This document shows positions 61,766-64,000 of a stretch of 64,000 nt of DNA, in pieces. Within the stretch, counting starts at the first letter, position 1. Each line of letters opens with the position of its first letter. The notes beneath the pieces were generated by a model that did not search any database, was not told where the DNA came from, and saw nothing but the letters and a program-made list of their open reading frames with translations. The translations under genes were made by a program, and so were the position numbers. The DNA comes from Camelus ferus (Eukaryota): NCBI RefSeq assembly GCF_009834535.1, contig NC_045697.1, forward strand, positions 56,112,001-56,176,000, in the 5' to 3' direction.

Positions 61766-62261
61766 CCCATCTTTCTACTTTGAGATATATTAGTCAAGAC
61801 AACAATCTTTGTAGTTACCTGACCAAAAGTAATGGGTAACTTTGAAAAATGGAGATTCCATCTGTTACGGGTTACCAGATCCCTGGGGTACTGCCTTCAG
61901 TAAGTGAAATCCCATCTAAACTGTATAAACAGCGAGAAGAGAAAGAGACAAATTAAATGAAAAGAAAGTAGCAAGAATACACTTACTAAAGAATCACAGA
62001 TGCCTAGTTCTTTGACATCATATTTCTTTCAATTAGCAATACCAACATTACTAGGGCAGAAAAAAATGATCCTGGTTAAAACTGTACTTCTTTGATAATA
62101 AATATATTAATGATAATAATAGTATCTGCAATAGTTTTATGAGCACAAAGTAGTTTTTCCATCATGATTGAACTTTCTTTTCTTGTCTATTTAAACATAG
62201 TTTAGAGGAAAAACACAGATTGGAGACTTAGGAAAAACAAAACTGAATGGAATTTTTTCTT

Positions 62262-62392
62262 AAAAATAGAGAAAAAAGATAGAAAAAAAAAGAGGGAAGA
62301 GAGAGAGGGGAAGGGAAAGAAAAAGGACAAGGAGAAAAAGGAACGAGGGAGAGGGAGGGATGGGGATTAGAAAGAAAGAGAGAGAGAGAGGC
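62262..62392. repeat. GA-rich polypurine tract ending in (GA)n
   Basis: Read directly. Confidence 0.85.
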
Positions 62393-64000
62393 ATAGAGTT
62401 GTACTTTAGTTGTCTCAGGATCAAGTCATCATCAAAGTCTTTCCTTTGTTGAAAAGTGTTTCTTTCCTTTCATTGAACAGAAGTCAGCAACCAGACCTAA
62501 CACTTCAATGTGTTTAGTGACTAACACTTTAAAAGGATTTTTCATTAAAAAGTGACTGCTGTATGATTCTGGGGTGGGGATGGGATGGGGGTGGAGCTTA
62601 GAAAGTCATACCATTACAAAGGGAAAAAGAATAGGGAGAGAAAAGGCATTCAAGAGGGATAACTGGGTTAAGTACCCATGACTTTCTGTCCTACAATGTG
62701 GCATTCTAAGAGCCTAGGTGAAACCAGCCAGGTGTCAAATAAATTCCTGCTATATTCTAATTATTGCATGATTAGTGGTGTAAGAGTGACCTGGGACTGG
62801 AAATTCATGTTTGCAGGAGTCTTTTGAAATGTTTCTCATCTGTAAAAAAATTAACCTGTTGTCCTGTGTTTTTTATTTTACTGTAATTTTTCAGAATGTC
62901 AACATATAAATTATTTTTTAAACACTCAGTGAAAAGACATCCTCTGGGCACCAAACTCAGGGGAGACTAGGTGTTCAGAGAGTGGAGAAAAATGATTGCT
63001 TATTGAACTATAGAACTGTCAGTGACAAAGTTAGGCTGGTGTCAGATCCCATTATTTACATGAGGTGTGCAAGACAAGAGACAACTTGATTCCTTTGAGA
63101 AGAAATAAGCTTTCCTGATCATATTTCTTCCATTTGGAAAATAGAACTTTTAAGAATACATTTCAGGCTTTGAGAATATACCCTTTGGTCTATGCAATGA
63201 ACTATAGTATTAACACATGCCTCGTTGCTGCTCACCTGTTTATGACATTCGTTAACTGTCTGTGTGTTCCTGACATTTGTTTCAGTGTGATTAATTTCAT
63301 GACTGGTGCTAACTTTGTCAGTATCTTCTTCCTTTCAGTAGAACATCCTTATAGAACAAACACATTATGTAAATGCCTTTTTTTTTGTAGATTTTACATT
63401 GTAGAAATGATCTCAGAATAGAATGGTTTTTCAAAGGCACTTATTGGGAAAAATACAGTAGTCATGTGCAAATTTTATTTGCACAATAGGTGCAAAGATA
63501 CTTAGCTTATTATTTAGCTTATTATATGATTATAACATGGAATAAAAGGTGCGATCATCACTAACATGATTCACAGTAACAAGAAGAACAATGACAGAGT
63601 GAAGCACTGGCAGAATGAGTCAGGTTTTGAAAACAGTATGTTTTCAAGAAAGTTTCTTGGAAAGTTGAAAAGCCTAATTTAAAGCCTCCTGCTTTCTTCC
63701 AAAACTCTTCCTCTGTGATATCGTGAGATTTTAACATCTCTACTGATCAGATTGCAGCTGTTTTTAACCTCTTGGAACAGCTATCAGAACATACCATTCC
63801 CTTCCCCTGCTTGCAGTACATGATTATAGAAGCAAATGGAATTATGACTATATTTCTGTTTCACATCCACCTAAGAATAATTAAAGAAGGATCATTTTTG
63901 TCATATCCGGGCTTATTTCTGTCTTCTTTAATGCTAACTGACACATAAAAGACCTATCTTCATTCCTTTAATGAATTATTTTTGAACAAATGATTTTCTC

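Larger units (their letters stand above)
11443..64000 (+). other. EPHA5: EPHA5 intron 3 (5' part)
   Basis: Begins GTAAGA. No downstream Eph exon (EGF-like or FN3) was recognised. Very long third introns are typical of EphA genes. Confidence 0.8.

Noticed and set aside
1..64000. CRISPR array, operon, defence system or other novel multi-gene system
   Set aside because: This is mammalian intronic DNA. There is no regularly spaced repeat-spacer array and no second credible coding sequence.

Overview
AT-rich, CpG-poor mammalian genomic DNA, not prokaryotic. The only convincing coding sequence is one 664-nt internal exon on the + strand (10779-11442, AG/GT bounded). It encodes most of the ephrin-binding domain and the start of the Cys-rich region of an EphA receptor tyrosine kinase, recognised as EPHA5 exon 3. 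The rest is best read as intron 2 (1-10778) and the first ~52.5 kb of intron 3. It is filled with old mammalian repeats (MIR, L2, L1/HAL1, MER5/20/58/91/94, MLT1A, LTR40, an ERV1-like solo LTR). Two tRNA-Ala-derived SINEs resembling camelid vic-1 suggest a camel, llama or alpaca genome. All other ORFs in the track look spurious. I found no evidence of a new multi-gene system. The most interesting items are a ~200-bp diverged direct duplication (44775-44972 and 46056-46249) with a perfect 23-bp SOX-POU-like core, two short L1 3' ends with 5' inversions (one with a TSD and a possible mini 3' transduction), and a 62-codon open read-through past the exon 3 donor. Repeat family names come from memory of consensus sequences, not from a database search, and the boundaries of old repeats are approximate.
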